NCBI GenBank assembly: GCA_023623175.1
Contig: JAMNXU010000013.1
Coordinates: forward strand, 3,933-67,932
Reading direction: 5' to 3'
Length of the DNA stretch: 64,000 nucleotides
Source: Bacillota bacterium
GTDB lineage: Bacteria; Bacillota; Clostridia; Acetivibrionales; JAMNXU01
The translations under genes were made by a program, and so were the position numbers. The notes under the pieces were generated by a model. The model searched no databases and was not told the DNA's origin. It saw nothing but the letters and a program-made list of their open reading frames with translations. The stretch's first letter is position 1, and each line of letters starts with the position of its first letter. Positions 29,523 through 38,735 of this stretch are shown here, in pieces.

Positions 29523-29644
29523 GTGGCAGCGGAATGCGACGTATGCACCGCAAATCCCGGCATAACTGCTGCCATCCTGGGATTTTTCGTCCAGCGGCAA
29601 CTTCCCGTCCGACTGACACTTAACGCGCATACATCTACTCTGCC
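29523..29644 (-). promoter_or_regulatory. THF (tetrahydrofolate) riboswitch
   Basis: Minus-strand RNA is GGCAGAGUAGAUGUAUGCGCGUUAAGUGUCAGUCGGACGGGAAGUUGCCGCUGGACGAAAAAUCCC...GCGGUGCAUACGUCGCAUUCCGCUGCC. It matches the conserved GAGUAG..GCGUUAAGUG..GGGA..ACGA..GCGGUG..GCAUxCCGCU blocks of the folT motif and lies upstream of folT. Confidence 0.8.
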
Positions 29645-29835
29645 ATTGTTGTAATATAGTGTATTATACTCAAATGCTCCCGGTCCATCAACGAAAAATA
29701 CGTTTTATTTTGTAATTTTTTGCTCTTCCTGCTAACGCGTCGGGAATTTTCCCGACTATAAGGTTGAAATCATTCATGAATGATATTAAAATTACGGGAT
29801 ATCCAAAAAAAATTATCTTAATTAAAAAGGTGCTT

Positions 29836-31542
29836 ATGGGAACAGGGGAAGCAATCAAAAAGCTTGGCGACAGGGAATTTTTGGACAAACTTTATGGATT
29901 TGCGTATAAAAGGTGCAGCAGCTCCCATGAGGCGGAGGATTTGTGCTCGGAAATTTTGTGTGCAATACTCCGAGGTATTCAAAAAAACACAGAAATAAAA
30001 AATTTCTATGCCTTTGCATGGACTGTTGCTCACAGGATCTACGCCGATTTTTGTGAAAAACGCAGGCAACAGGGAGAAAAGCTTGTATCGTGGAACAGCT
30101 GTACAGGTACTTCTCATTCAATTTCCGGCAAAAGCACTAGTTATGTTGAAAATCTCCCCGATGTTAACGCAGACCAGATCTCCGATTATATCGAAAGCGA
30201 GTATGACCGCCTGCAATACAGAAGGATTATGCGGGAGATATCATTCCTCTCAAAAATATACCGCGATGTAATGGTCATGTTTTACCTTGACGAAAAGCCC
30301 GTAGCAGAAATTGCCCGTGAGCTCAATATTTCAGAAAACACCGTCAGGCAGCGATTGTTTTCCGCCCGTAACACAATTAAAAAAGAAGTTGTTAAAACGG
30401 AGGTTGTCAAAATGGATACAAGTAATTTAAGTTTAAAACCTGTACACCTGGCATTTTGGGGAACAGGAAAACCTGTCGGAAATGATCCCCGTAAGAAAGC
30501 AGAGCGCACATTTTCACAAAACCTTGTATACCTCTGCAAAGACACCGAACGCAGCGCCAGGGAAATTTCAGAGCTGCTTGGAGTGCCCATGGTATATGTG
30601 GAAGAAGAGCTTGATATCCAGTGTCGTGGTGAGAACGGGCATTATGGTCTTCTCAGGAGACTCGATAACGGTAAGTATATTTCCAACTGCATCATCGTGG
30701 ATGCGGAAGATTTCAAAACTGCAGCTTCAGTTTATAACCAATATATTGATGCCCTTACCGACAGGCTCGCCGCTTATATTGAAGCCAATAAAGACCGCAT
30801 ACTACGATTCCCTTTTCTTTCGAAACAAACCGATGTAAAGTTCATAACCTGGTCGCTGATATGCCATATGATTTGGGGATTTGAGCGCCGGGTATTTGAT
30901 TTTGTAAAAAGCAAGCACATAAGTAACATTGAAATTTTGAAAAGGGAGTTCAGTTTATTTTGCATTGCTGCAAGGAACGCCGGAGAAATCGATTTTGGTT
31001 TTTTCGGATGCGACGGCATCTACGCAATGAATGTATGCGGGTATTCGTATGCCTTGGCTACGAACATATATGGCAAAAGAATCAAAGCGCATTTCCACTG
31101 TGGTCATAATATTTCCAATGACCCCCTGTTGCTGATAACATTAAGGGCAATAGATGGTGGAATCGAAATAGACAGGCTGTCCGAAAATGAAAAAGAGATC
31201 GCGGCTAAAGCCATCGAGGAAGGCTATCTCAGAAAAGAAGGCGGCAGATTAATTCCGAAGGTACTGGTCATGGACAAAAAGAATGAACAGGATTTTTATG
31301 ACCTGGCAACCAGCTTTTCAAAGGAAGTGGACGATATAGCCAATACCTGTGCGAAAAGCATTGCGGAGATGGTAAGGAAATTTGTTCCGAAGCATGTTAT
31401 GAATGAATACAACATATTTGTTCAAATGTCCACCTGCGGCGTTTTGCATAATGTGATAGAAAAATGTATCGAAAAAGGCATTTTGAATGCGCCGGAAAGC
31501 AGCCCCTGCGCAGAAGGCACGTGGATCGTGGTGAAAAAGTAA
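29836..31542 (+). CDS. Sigma-70/ECF-like sigma factor fused to a ~390 aa uncharacterised C-terminal domain
   Basis: Region 2 (FLDKLYGFAYKRCSSSHEAEDLCSEILCAIL...FYAFAWTVAHRIYADF) and the region 4 HTH (YRDVMVMFYLDEKPVAEIARELNISENTVRQRLFSARNTIKKE) are clear. The remaining ~390 aa has no TM segment and no motif I recognise. The start is uncertain (29776 or 29836). Confidence 0.7.
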   Translation: MGTGEAIKKLGDREFLDKLYGFAYKRCSSSHEAEDLCSEILCAILRGIQKNTEIKNFYAFAWTVAHRIYADFCEKRRQQGEKLVSWNSCTGTSHSISGKSTSYVENLPDVNADQISDYIESEYDRLQYRRIMREISFLSKIYRDVMVMFYLDEKPVAEIARELNISENTVRQRLFSARNTIKKEVVKTEVVKMDTSNLSLKPVHLAFWGTGKPVGNDPRKKAERTFSQNLVYLCKDTERSAREISELLGVPMVYVEEELDIQCRGENGHYGLLRRLDNGKYISNCIIVDAEDFKTAASVYNQYIDALTDRLAAYIEANKDRILRFPFLSKQTDVKFITWSLICHMIWGFERRVFDFVKSKHISNIEILKREFSLFCIAARNAGEIDFGFFGCDGIYAMNVCGYSYALATNIYGKRIKAHFHCGHNISNDPLLLITLRAIDGGIEIDRLSENEKEIAAKAIEEGYLRKEGGRLIPKVLVMDKKNEQDFYDLATSFSKEVDDIANTCAKSIAEMVRKFVPKHVMNEYNIFVQMSTCGVLHNVIEKCIEKGILNAPESSPCAEGTWIVVKK

Positions 31543-31568
31543 AAATACGTATAATAATGCGGACGGCA

Positions 31569-31590
31569 AAGGGGTTCACCAGAACCCCTT
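31569..31590 (+). terminator. Rho-independent terminator
   Basis: AAGGGGTTC-acca-GAACCCCTT followed by attacttttta. Lies between convergent genes. Confidence 0.65.
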
Positions 31591-31655
31591 ATTACTTTTT
31601 ATTATAATTTTATAATCGATTTTGTATACAAATTTCTCATGCAAGTTTTGATTTG

Positions 31656-32783
31656 TCATAGTTCCACTTTATAAATCGCCGGTAATCCATCCTTATCCGA
31701 AGTAAAAATAACAAAAGATCCGTCGGGCGAAAATGCCGGATGCGGATGGGAGTCCTGCGTAGTTTTATAGCATTTCCATGAGGTACCATGCCAGCAAAGC
31801 TTTTCTTCTGTCTTTAATTCCAAATTAACCAGATAAATAAAGGCTTCTTCCGGATGGTGCCCGTCGGCCACAATCATACTGTTATCATGGTTTGATATGA
31901 AATGACTGTAACCATGGCACTCCATTAGTATTTCCTCTTCGAGTGTTATAGGGTCAATCAGCCTTATGGTAGCATCCACCCCATAGTCCTTCTTGAAATG
32001 AACAAAGGCCAGTTTCGAACCATCGCTCAGCCAGAATTCATGCCCAACCTGCTCATTCCCTTCTCTTGGTCTAGCACACCTTAAGTTGGTGCCGTCTGAA
32101 TTAACAAGCCATATACGGGCATCAACCCTGTCCCACGGGCCCTCATGGCAAAACATTACAGTATTGTTATCATTAGGCCTTATTTGAGCATGTCCCAGCT
32201 GGCAATGTTCATTCTCATGTACAACCCAACTTGCTCTTTTATTAATATCTATCATTATAATACGGCAATGGGGCCTGGCTTCAAACTGCGGGACAAAAGC
32301 TGACCACCCCCCTGCAGGTTTGACCCTGTCGCTTTCTTTCATTTCTACAAGCACCAGGTATTTATCATCGGACCCTAAGGAAGGAACGCTTAACATAAAC
32401 CATTCCACAGGGGTTTCATAAATAATTTCTTCATTAAGGGTTCTCAGATCAAGTTTATAGATAGCATTGCTCCTTTTGTAAACCAAGAAAGTATCATCGC
32501 TGCTTAAATTCGCACTAAAAGCTCCTACGTGGGGACCTTCAGTCAACTGTAAAGCATCACCGGTTGACAGGTCCATTTTATAAAGGTTTCTAATATTATC
32601 GCAGCTACTTGTATCGTAGCTGCTTGCGTAGATAAGATATTTGCTGTCATTGGTTATCATTTTGTTATAGAAATAAGGGTGGTGGCTGAGCCTTTCTGCA
32701 GAAGTCAGCTGTGTCACCAGTCTGCCGGTATACTTGTCCCTGTATTCTCTGAAGGTATTTTTTACTATATCACCTTTAGCCAC
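31656..32783 (-). CDS. ogl: Oligogalacturonide lyase family protein (PL22-like)
   Basis: Collinear with enterobacterial Ogl: MAKG.. start, HxxYFYxK, QLTEG, FCHEGPWDRVDARIWLVNSDGTNLR, HEFW, HPHPAFSPDGSFVIFTSDKDGLPAIY. Start set at the GTG at 32783 (GGGG RBS 8 nt upstream). Confidence 0.85.
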   Translation of the reverse strand: MAKGDIVKNTFREYRDKYTGRLVTQLTSAERLSHHPYFYNKMITNDSKYLIYASSYDTSSCDNIRNLYKMDLSTGDALQLTEGPHVGAFSANLSSDDTFLVYKRSNAIYKLDLRTLNEEIIYETPVEWFMLSVPSLGSDDKYLVLVEMKESDRVKPAGGWSAFVPQFEARPHCRIIMIDINKRASWVVHENEHCQLGHAQIRPNDNNTVMFCHEGPWDRVDARIWLVNSDGTNLRCARPREGNEQVGHEFWLSDGSKLAFVHFKKDYGVDATIRLIDPITLEEEILMECHGYSHFISNHDNSMIVADGHHPEEAFIYLVNLELKTEEKLCWHGTSWKCYKTTQDSHPHPAFSPDGSFVIFTSDKDGLPAIYKVEL

Positions 32784-32910
32784 ATCAGGCACCCCTTTTC
32801 TTTATTTCCGCTATTATCCTGACATTTCTGTCACAGTGTTTAACCATTATGCAGAATAGTTCCGATCCCGATGAGAAGTCCCGGGATCCGCATCAGTTTA
32901 AACAGGCTTC

Positions 32911-34710
32911 CTACCAGCCCAAAACTTTCCCAATCTCCTCCGCAATCTGCTCGCCCATGCGCTGGTGGGTTTTCACCGACGGATGCCAGTTTGCTCCCGC
33001 GCCTTCCGTTTCGGTATCCATGAGCGGGATTTCAACAAAATGAACCTTTTTGTCTCCCTGCTCGTTGAAATCTTCTACAACCTTTTTCACATATTCCAGC
33101 GCCCTGTGGTTCATGGGCCCTACCGAGCAGAAAATGTGGGCATCGGGGTAATTTCCCCTGATAAACTTTAAGAATTCGTCGTAAGCCTTCATGAAAGCAT
33201 CGGTATCCACTTCACCGGGATTTGAAAAATCGTTGGTCCCAAGGTTGATAACCACGGCATGGGGTATCCAGTTCTCAAAGTTCCAGCGGCTTGACGTATT
33301 TTTCGGCGTTGTTCTCAGGTAAAGCTGCGGCATGGGATTTTCAGTGGTTCCGTCCACATTCCTGTAGACTCCTCTTCCGCTCCAGGCAACGGAAATCTGC
33401 TCGGCATCCAGGAGCCTTGCTGCAACTGAGCTGAAGGCGAGATAGTTGTTTTCCGTGCTGGCCTTCCATTCCTCATCGCCGCTCGATGCTTCATTTCCAT
33501 AACCGCAGGTTATCGAATCGCCTATAAACTCGATTCTCCTCTCTGCCCTCGGAGGAGGCGGAAGCATTTCTCCCTCTTCCGGCACAAATCCCAGGAACTG
33601 CAAATCGCCGCTGGACGCTCCCGTCCGTTTCCAGACAATAACCTCATGTTCTCCGTCCTCGAGGCTGGAAGCTATTGTATATATGTTTTCGGAATTAATC
33701 TGTATCGGGACCGGTTCCTGGCCGTCAATGATTATATTTAACCAGTTATCCCTTTCCACGGGATTCATCGGTTTCATTGCCATTTTAAGTCCCGTTCCCT
33801 TGAATCTTGCCCTGATATAACTGCCGGGCCATCCGAAAACAGGGCCGTAGGAATCACTGAAATCAAAGCGCCCGATAAACTGTGCGCTGAATTTCTTAAC
33901 TGCCGCTTCATCTTTATAACCTGACATATCTTTTCCAAACCAAGTCATAGATATATTCTCCAGCACCCTTTCTGACGCCATTTCCACCAGCGTTTCATGT
34001 ATTTTATCCATCAGGGTTTTGTCTTTTTCACGGAATCCGACAGCGTATTCTGCGGGGGATACAGTTTCGTCTATGATCTTCAGGCCTTCTCCCCTCATGG
34101 TCGTGTAATACGACGCTGACGCCTCGTCCATGACAACGGCATCCACATTGCCGTCTTTCAATTCCGCCATGGCCTCTTCATAATTCCCCCGTTTCACCAC
34201 TTCCGCCAGTTTTGAGCGGAATTCCTCCATGGCATTTAAAGCTGCTTCGCCCGCTGAATCGGCCACGACGGCGACTTTTTTCCCTTCAAATTCCGCAAGT
34301 GACCCAAGCGGCGAATAACCTGCCGCGACGAGCACATACCGGTTCAGCAAATAAGGTTTGTCGAAGTGGATGCCCTCATTGCTTTCATCCCATGCGGGCA
34401 ATGCGCTCCACAGAAAGTCAATGCCGCCTTTATCAAGTTCCTGTTTCTTTGAATTCTTATCAACGCGCTTAAACTTCAAATTAACTTCCAGGCGACTGCT
34501 CAATTCCGTGGCTGCGTCGGCAATAAATCCCATGTATGTTTCGTCTTCCTCAGTAAACATCGGCAGGACGTTATCATCAACGCCAATGGTAATTTCGCCT
34601 TTTTCCCTGACCTTTTCCCATGAACGGTCGCTGCCCGAATTGCTGCAGCCGGTCAGCATTATTCCGGCAAGCATCGCCAGGACAGTTAAGACCGCTATGC
34701 ACTTTCGCAT
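32911..34710 (-). CDS. Lipoprotein fusing a family-3 solute-binding domain to a CE2-type acetyl esterase (beta-sandwich + SGNH)
   Basis: Lipobox LAGIMLTGC. Residues ~40-250 look like SBP_bac_3 (ITIGVDDNVLPM...GIDFLWSAL...KKVAVVADSAGE...VDAVVMDE). The C-terminal ~330 aa has the CE2 layout (FIGRFDFSD.., IEFIGDSITCGYGNE, VINLGTNDF, NWHPS). Confidence 0.7.
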   Translation of the reverse strand: MRKCIAVLTVLAMLAGIMLTGCSNSGSDRSWEKVREKGEITIGVDDNVLPMFTEEDETYMGFIADAATELSSRLEVNLKFKRVDKNSKKQELDKGGIDFLWSALPAWDESNEGIHFDKPYLLNRYVLVAAGYSPLGSLAEFEGKKVAVVADSAGEAALNAMEEFRSKLAEVVKRGNYEEAMAELKDGNVDAVVMDEASASYYTTMRGEGLKIIDETVSPAEYAVGFREKDKTLMDKIHETLVEMASERVLENISMTWFGKDMSGYKDEAAVKKFSAQFIGRFDFSDSYGPVFGWPGSYIRARFKGTGLKMAMKPMNPVERDNWLNIIIDGQEPVPIQINSENIYTIASSLEDGEHEVIVWKRTGASSGDLQFLGFVPEEGEMLPPPPRAERRIEFIGDSITCGYGNEASSGDEEWKASTENNYLAFSSVAARLLDAEQISVAWSGRGVYRNVDGTTENPMPQLYLRTTPKNTSSRWNFENWIPHAVVINLGTNDFSNPGEVDTDAFMKAYDEFLKFIRGNYPDAHIFCSVGPMNHRALEYVKKVVEDFNEQGDKKVHFVEIPLMDTETEGAGANWHPSVKTHQRMGEQIAEEIGKVLGW

Positions 34711-34771
34711 TAAATCCACCCCCGTTGGTTATCCGTCAGTGTTTTCTCAATATGCAAACGGGAATAAAAGA

Positions 34772-35422
34772 TCATTCCCATTTGAAACCGACAGCTTTCA
34801 GGAATTCCTTTGCAATGAGCATCTGGCCTATGGTATTCGGATGAATTCTGTCCAATGCCAGCGCCGCGGAGTAATAACGGGTAAGAAGCCTGTCAAACGC
34901 GGCCTGTATGTCGACAAACACCGCGCCGTACTTGTCGGCAATTTTCTTTACAATGGCGCCGTACCTGTCCATCATTTGGCGCATGGCGTCATTTTTATTT
35001 GATTCAATTATGTAAGGCGTCATCAGGACCAGGCCCTTAAGGGTCGGCAGAGTTGTTTTCACGAGGTTTTCCAGGGTTTCTTCGTATTCGTCGGGATAGA
35101 CATGGCTCTCGATAACATTCGGCCGGCTGAACTGGCGCCATACATCATTTATACCTATCATTACGGAAAGCCAGTCGGGCTTCAGGTCCAGCACATCGGT
35201 CTGCCACCTCGCAGCCAGGTCCCTGACGGTATCTCCGCTGATGCCCATATTCACCACCCTGATCCTTTTCTCAGGGCAGGTTGCTCCAATCAGTGCCGAA
35301 ACCATGCTTACGTATCCTGTTCCGAGATTTCCTCCGTCACCTTCACCTACGGGTCTCTTGCGCCCGCAGTCGGTAATGGAATCCCCTATCATTACAAGTT
35401 TGCTGTTATCATGAATTAACAT
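34772..35422 (-). CDS. SGNH/GDSL hydrolase family esterase
   Basis: LVMIGDSITDCGR block I, a GxND-type block (MIGINDV), and the C-terminal DRIHPN catalytic block. Start set at MLIHDN (GGAGGTG RBS). Confidence 0.8.
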   Translation of the reverse strand: MLIHDNSKLVMIGDSITDCGRKRPVGEGDGGNLGTGYVSMVSALIGATCPEKRIRVVNMGISGDTVRDLAARWQTDVLDLKPDWLSVMIGINDVWRQFSRPNVIESHVYPDEYEETLENLVKTTLPTLKGLVLMTPYIIESNKNDAMRQMMDRYGAIVKKIADKYGAVFVDIQAAFDRLLTRYYSAALALDRIHPNTIGQMLIAKEFLKAVGFKWE

Positions 35423-35654
35423 ATTTTGCACCTCCGTCTTTAATTATGATACCATGAACCCGTTTCAAATAAAATCCATGGATTTTCAAATTTTTTCTTT
35501 TACGTCAGCGTTTTTTGCTCTATACTAAATTTGTTAAATCAATAATAAATAGCAATAAATCAAAAATATTAAAATTAAAATACAAAAAACGAAGATTAAA
35601 ACTCGCAAGACACTGTGAAACCTATACTTCGGATAAGTCAAAAGGAGGAGAAAA

Positions 35655-36632
35655 ATGATCAGGATAGGCATTGTCGGATACGGTAATCTTGGAAGAGGAG
35701 TGGAACTTGCGCTTAAGCAAAATCCAGACATGCAGCTTGTGGCCGTGTTCACCCGGCGTTCGCCCGGTGTAATAGGTGTAAGCGACAATAATGTGAGAGT
35801 TTTGCATGTTTCCGAAGCAGAAAAAATGAAAGAAGAAATAGACGTGATGATACTCTGCGGCGGCTCAGCCACGGACCTTCCGGAGCAGGGACCGTTATTT
35901 GCCGGTATGTATAATACCGTGGACAGTTTTGACACCCATGCGAAAATACCTGAATATTTCGAAAAAGTAGACCGGGCAGCCAAATCCGCCGGTAAAACGG
36001 GGATTATATCCGTGGGATGGGACCCGGGTCTGTTCTCCATAAACAGGCTGATGGCCGAAGCCATACTCCCCCGGGGAAAAGGCTATACATTCTGGGGAAA
36101 GGGCGTCAGCCAGGGGCACTCCGACGCCATCCGCCGCGTCAGGGGAGTGAAGAACGCGATCCAGTATACCGTCCCCATTGAAGAAGCGCTGGAAAAAGTG
36201 CGCAGGGGCGAAAATCCCGAGCTTTCCACGAGGGAAAAGCACCTCAGGGAATGCTATGTCGTGGCCGAAGAGGGCGCAGACAGGGCTGCCATTGAAAGGG
36301 AAATAAAAACCATGCCGAACTATTTCGCCGATTATGACACAACTGTGACTTTTATCACCGAGGAAGAACTCCGGAAAAAACACTCCGGCATGCCCCACGG
36401 CGGTTTTGTCATCCACAGCGGTATCACCGGCAATAACAACAAACAGGTAATTGAATTTTCCCTCAGGCTCGACAGCAACCCGGAATTCACATCGAGCGTG
36501 CTTGTCGCATATGCAAGGGCCGCATACCGCATGAATAAGGAAGGCCAGACCGGCGCAAAAACCGTGTTCGACGTCCCGCCGGCCTACCTGTCGCCCAAGT
36601 CCGCGGAACAACTGCGCGGGGAACTGCTGTGA
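35655..36632 (+). CDS. ddh: meso-Diaminopimelate D-dehydrogenase
   Basis: MIRIGIVGYGNLGRGVELALKQNPDMQLVAVFTRR matches the Ddh N-terminal Rossmann motif. 325 aa. AAAGGAGGAG RBS. Confidence 0.9.
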   Translation: MIRIGIVGYGNLGRGVELALKQNPDMQLVAVFTRRSPGVIGVSDNNVRVLHVSEAEKMKEEIDVMILCGGSATDLPEQGPLFAGMYNTVDSFDTHAKIPEYFEKVDRAAKSAGKTGIISVGWDPGLFSINRLMAEAILPRGKGYTFWGKGVSQGHSDAIRRVRGVKNAIQYTVPIEEALEKVRRGENPELSTREKHLRECYVVAEEGADRAAIEREIKTMPNYFADYDTTVTFITEEELRKKHSGMPHGGFVIHSGITGNNNKQVIEFSLRLDSNPEFTSSVLVAYARAAYRMNKEGQTGAKTVFDVPPAYLSPKSAEQLRGELL

Positions 36633-36687
36633 GACCGTGAATTATCCAAATTACAGAAAAATATTATTCAGCTCTAAATAACAAAAA

Positions 36688-36727
36688 GGTACAGGAGGAT
36701 CATAAGGGGTCGTTCCTGTACCTTTTT
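36688..36727 (+). terminator. Rho-independent terminator of ddh
   Basis: GGTACAGGA, 17-nt loop, TCCTGTACC, followed by TTTTT. Confidence 0.7.
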
Positions 36728-36850
36728 AAATAACAATGTATTATCCTTAAAAGAAATCAGTGCAATCATGAAAGGCCCAAATCTGCGTAAAATCTGAAAA
36801 GCACTGTTATGATATTTTTGTAAACTTTAGCTTAGCGAAGACAGCTGAAT

Positions 36851-36949
36851 CGCCGGGATGCAGAGCCGGGATATGCATCGTCGGGATACAGAGCCGGAAT
36901 TGGCATCCCCGGGATGTACTGCCGGTTCAGCAAAAATCTGTTCTGAAAC
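36851..36949. repeat. Degenerate 11-16-nt tandem arrays echoing the 3' end of the beta-helix gene
   Basis: cgccgggatgcaga / gccgggatatgcatc / gtcgggatacaga / gccggaattggcatcc / ccgggatgtact / gccggttcagc echo the in-gene gccggatataaccgaag. The stop region is itself agaatagatac / agaataggtttc / agaacagattttt on the minus strand. Confidence 0.6.
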
Positions 36950-38569
36950 CTATTCTGTATCTATTCTCGTATTGCCGGATATAACCGAAGCGGTGGCTCC
37001 ATCCCTTGATACAATCGCGCCGGTTGTTTTATTGTTCGTTATTTGGACTCCCGTTGTTGCAGGCCACCTGTACTCGATGGAATTAGGATAATTGTTGAGG
37101 GTGTAGCAGGTATTATTGTCAATGATTGTGTCCGGAGCATTTTCTATACCAATTCCGACATCCCTTACCGTCTCTACGAAATTGTTTCTTATGATACATC
37201 CAGGATTCAGGTTGCCGGTGCCCATTCCAATGTATATTCCCCTCTCACTGTTCAATACCGTACAGCCTTCAATGACCACGCCGGTAGACCCGTTCCAGAA
37301 GTGTATCGCAGGTTCGGTCATCGCACCGCCCGGATTCACTATATTTTTAACAACACAGTTCCGTACCGTCCAGTTCCTGCACTTGTGACCGTCTATCGCA
37401 CAGGTATACCAATTTGCAACCTTTCCTGCGCTGAATTCAAACAGGCAGTTCTCAACAAGCCCGTTGTCCGAATAGGTGGATGAATAGCTTGGATTGGCGT
37501 CAGCGGACACTTTCAGCATCTGCTCGTATATATCCATAAAACGTACATTGCGAATTACGATGCCATCGGTATCATTTTCACCCGTTACCTGGATGCCGTG
37601 CCACCGGACATTCTTCAGTGTCATGTTTTCGCAGGTAAAGTTGTCAGCGTTTACCCAGAAAATGTGGCGTACCTTTGCCTGGGGAGACATTGCATCCCCT
37701 GTAAGTATGACATTATCCCTGTCCCTGGGAGAATTGCCGCGCACAGTTATATTTTCCGCTCTGATTGCAAAGGCTTCAGCTCCGATAGTGCTGAGGTCAT
37801 AGGTTCCATTGCTGCAGATGATCTCCATATGCCCGCCCACCGTGTTTGCAGTACTTATGGAGTAGCTCAGTTCCTGGACATTGCTGACATACACCGTCGA
37901 GTCAATATAAGTTACAACCAGCTCGGGATGTATGTCCTTATTGGGATTGTCCCTTGACGCAAAAACTGCATATGCCGGGCTGTCACCGGGTTTTTGTATA
38001 ATTTCCATTCCATAATTGGCATGAATACCGTCATACCAGGATCTCACCAAACCTGTGACATCCCATTCAACCCAACCTGTGGAATTAATGGTTAAAGAAC
38101 TGCTGACTTCAGGGGCATAGTCGCCTCCGGGTGTGGTCCAGTTATTTGTACCGTCACAGGTAGTCCATGTAACTCCCTTGTGATGTTTGTATTTCCAGTT
38201 ACCATTACCCTCCACCCATGAACGGGTAACCCGGTAAATCTCATTGGTGACTGTGCCGTTAACTTCAAGGCAATTCATCCTGAGCCTGGCCTCTTTGATT
38301 CTCTTGCCTTCAGGTATGGAAGACAGGTCGAACTCAATGAGAATTCTCTTTTCCTGTGTACCAGATACACAGGTTTGAATTTTTTTATCCTTTCCCCCGT
38401 TATCAAGACCCGACACGATCTGCGCGTCGGCAACGGGCTTCAAGGTAACTGTGGATTCTTCAATCACATTATCGGCTGTGACGGGAAAAAGGGTTGGAGT
38501 TGCAAAAAGGTTCACAGCAATCGCCATCAGCAAAATCATGTTAATTTTCACGAATAACTTTTTGTTCAT
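36950..38569 (-). CDS. Secreted protein: signal peptide + DNRLRE-type domain + right-handed parallel beta-helix domain (paralog 1)
   Basis: Signal peptide MNKKLFVKINMILLMAIAVNLFA. The N-domain carries ILIEFDLSSIP..ARLRM..IYRVTRSWVEGNGNWKY. The C-terminal ~330 aa beta-helix core is shared with 40792..41892 and 46242..47384. Confidence 0.65.
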   Translation of the reverse strand: MNKKLFVKINMILLMAIAVNLFATPTLFPVTADNVIEESTVTLKPVADAQIVSGLDNGGKDKKIQTCVSGTQEKRILIEFDLSSIPEGKRIKEARLRMNCLEVNGTVTNEIYRVTRSWVEGNGNWKYKHHKGVTWTTCDGTNNWTTPGGDYAPEVSSSLTINSTGWVEWDVTGLVRSWYDGIHANYGMEIIQKPGDSPAYAVFASRDNPNKDIHPELVVTYIDSTVYVSNVQELSYSISTANTVGGHMEIICSNGTYDLSTIGAEAFAIRAENITVRGNSPRDRDNVILTGDAMSPQAKVRHIFWVNADNFTCENMTLKNVRWHGIQVTGENDTDGIVIRNVRFMDIYEQMLKVSADANPSYSSTYSDNGLVENCLFEFSAGKVANWYTCAIDGHKCRNWTVRNCVVKNIVNPGGAMTEPAIHFWNGSTGVVIEGCTVLNSERGIYIGMGTGNLNPGCIIRNNFVETVRDVGIGIENAPDTIIDNNTCYTLNNYPNSIEYRWPATTGVQITNNKTTGAIVSRDGATASVISGNTRIDTE

Positions 38570-38678
38570 AACAATTCTCCTTTCCATTTATATCTCTTCA
38601 TTGATGTAACATTGATCCCCGGGCACAGGCCACTTTTGTACGGGCCACTTGGTATGCCTGGGCTTTCAGCCCTGCAAG

Positions 38679-38719
38679 GGCCATTAAATGATATGCATGA
38701 AGCATATCATTTAATGGCC
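38679..38719. other. Perfect 18-bp inverted repeat (5-nt loop) in the intercistronic spacer
   Basis: GGCCATTAAATGATATGC-atgaa-GCATATCATTTAATGGCC. Lies 17 nt downstream of the stop of 38736..40685 and ~90 nt upstream of the next gene's start. No T-tract. Confidence 0.6.
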
Positions 38720-38735
38720 ATATCATCATTTTTGC

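Noticed and set aside
35534-36611. Minus-strand ORFs 35534..36064 and 35895..36611
   Set aside because: They are antisense to ddh, whose product matches meso-DAP dehydrogenase end to end.
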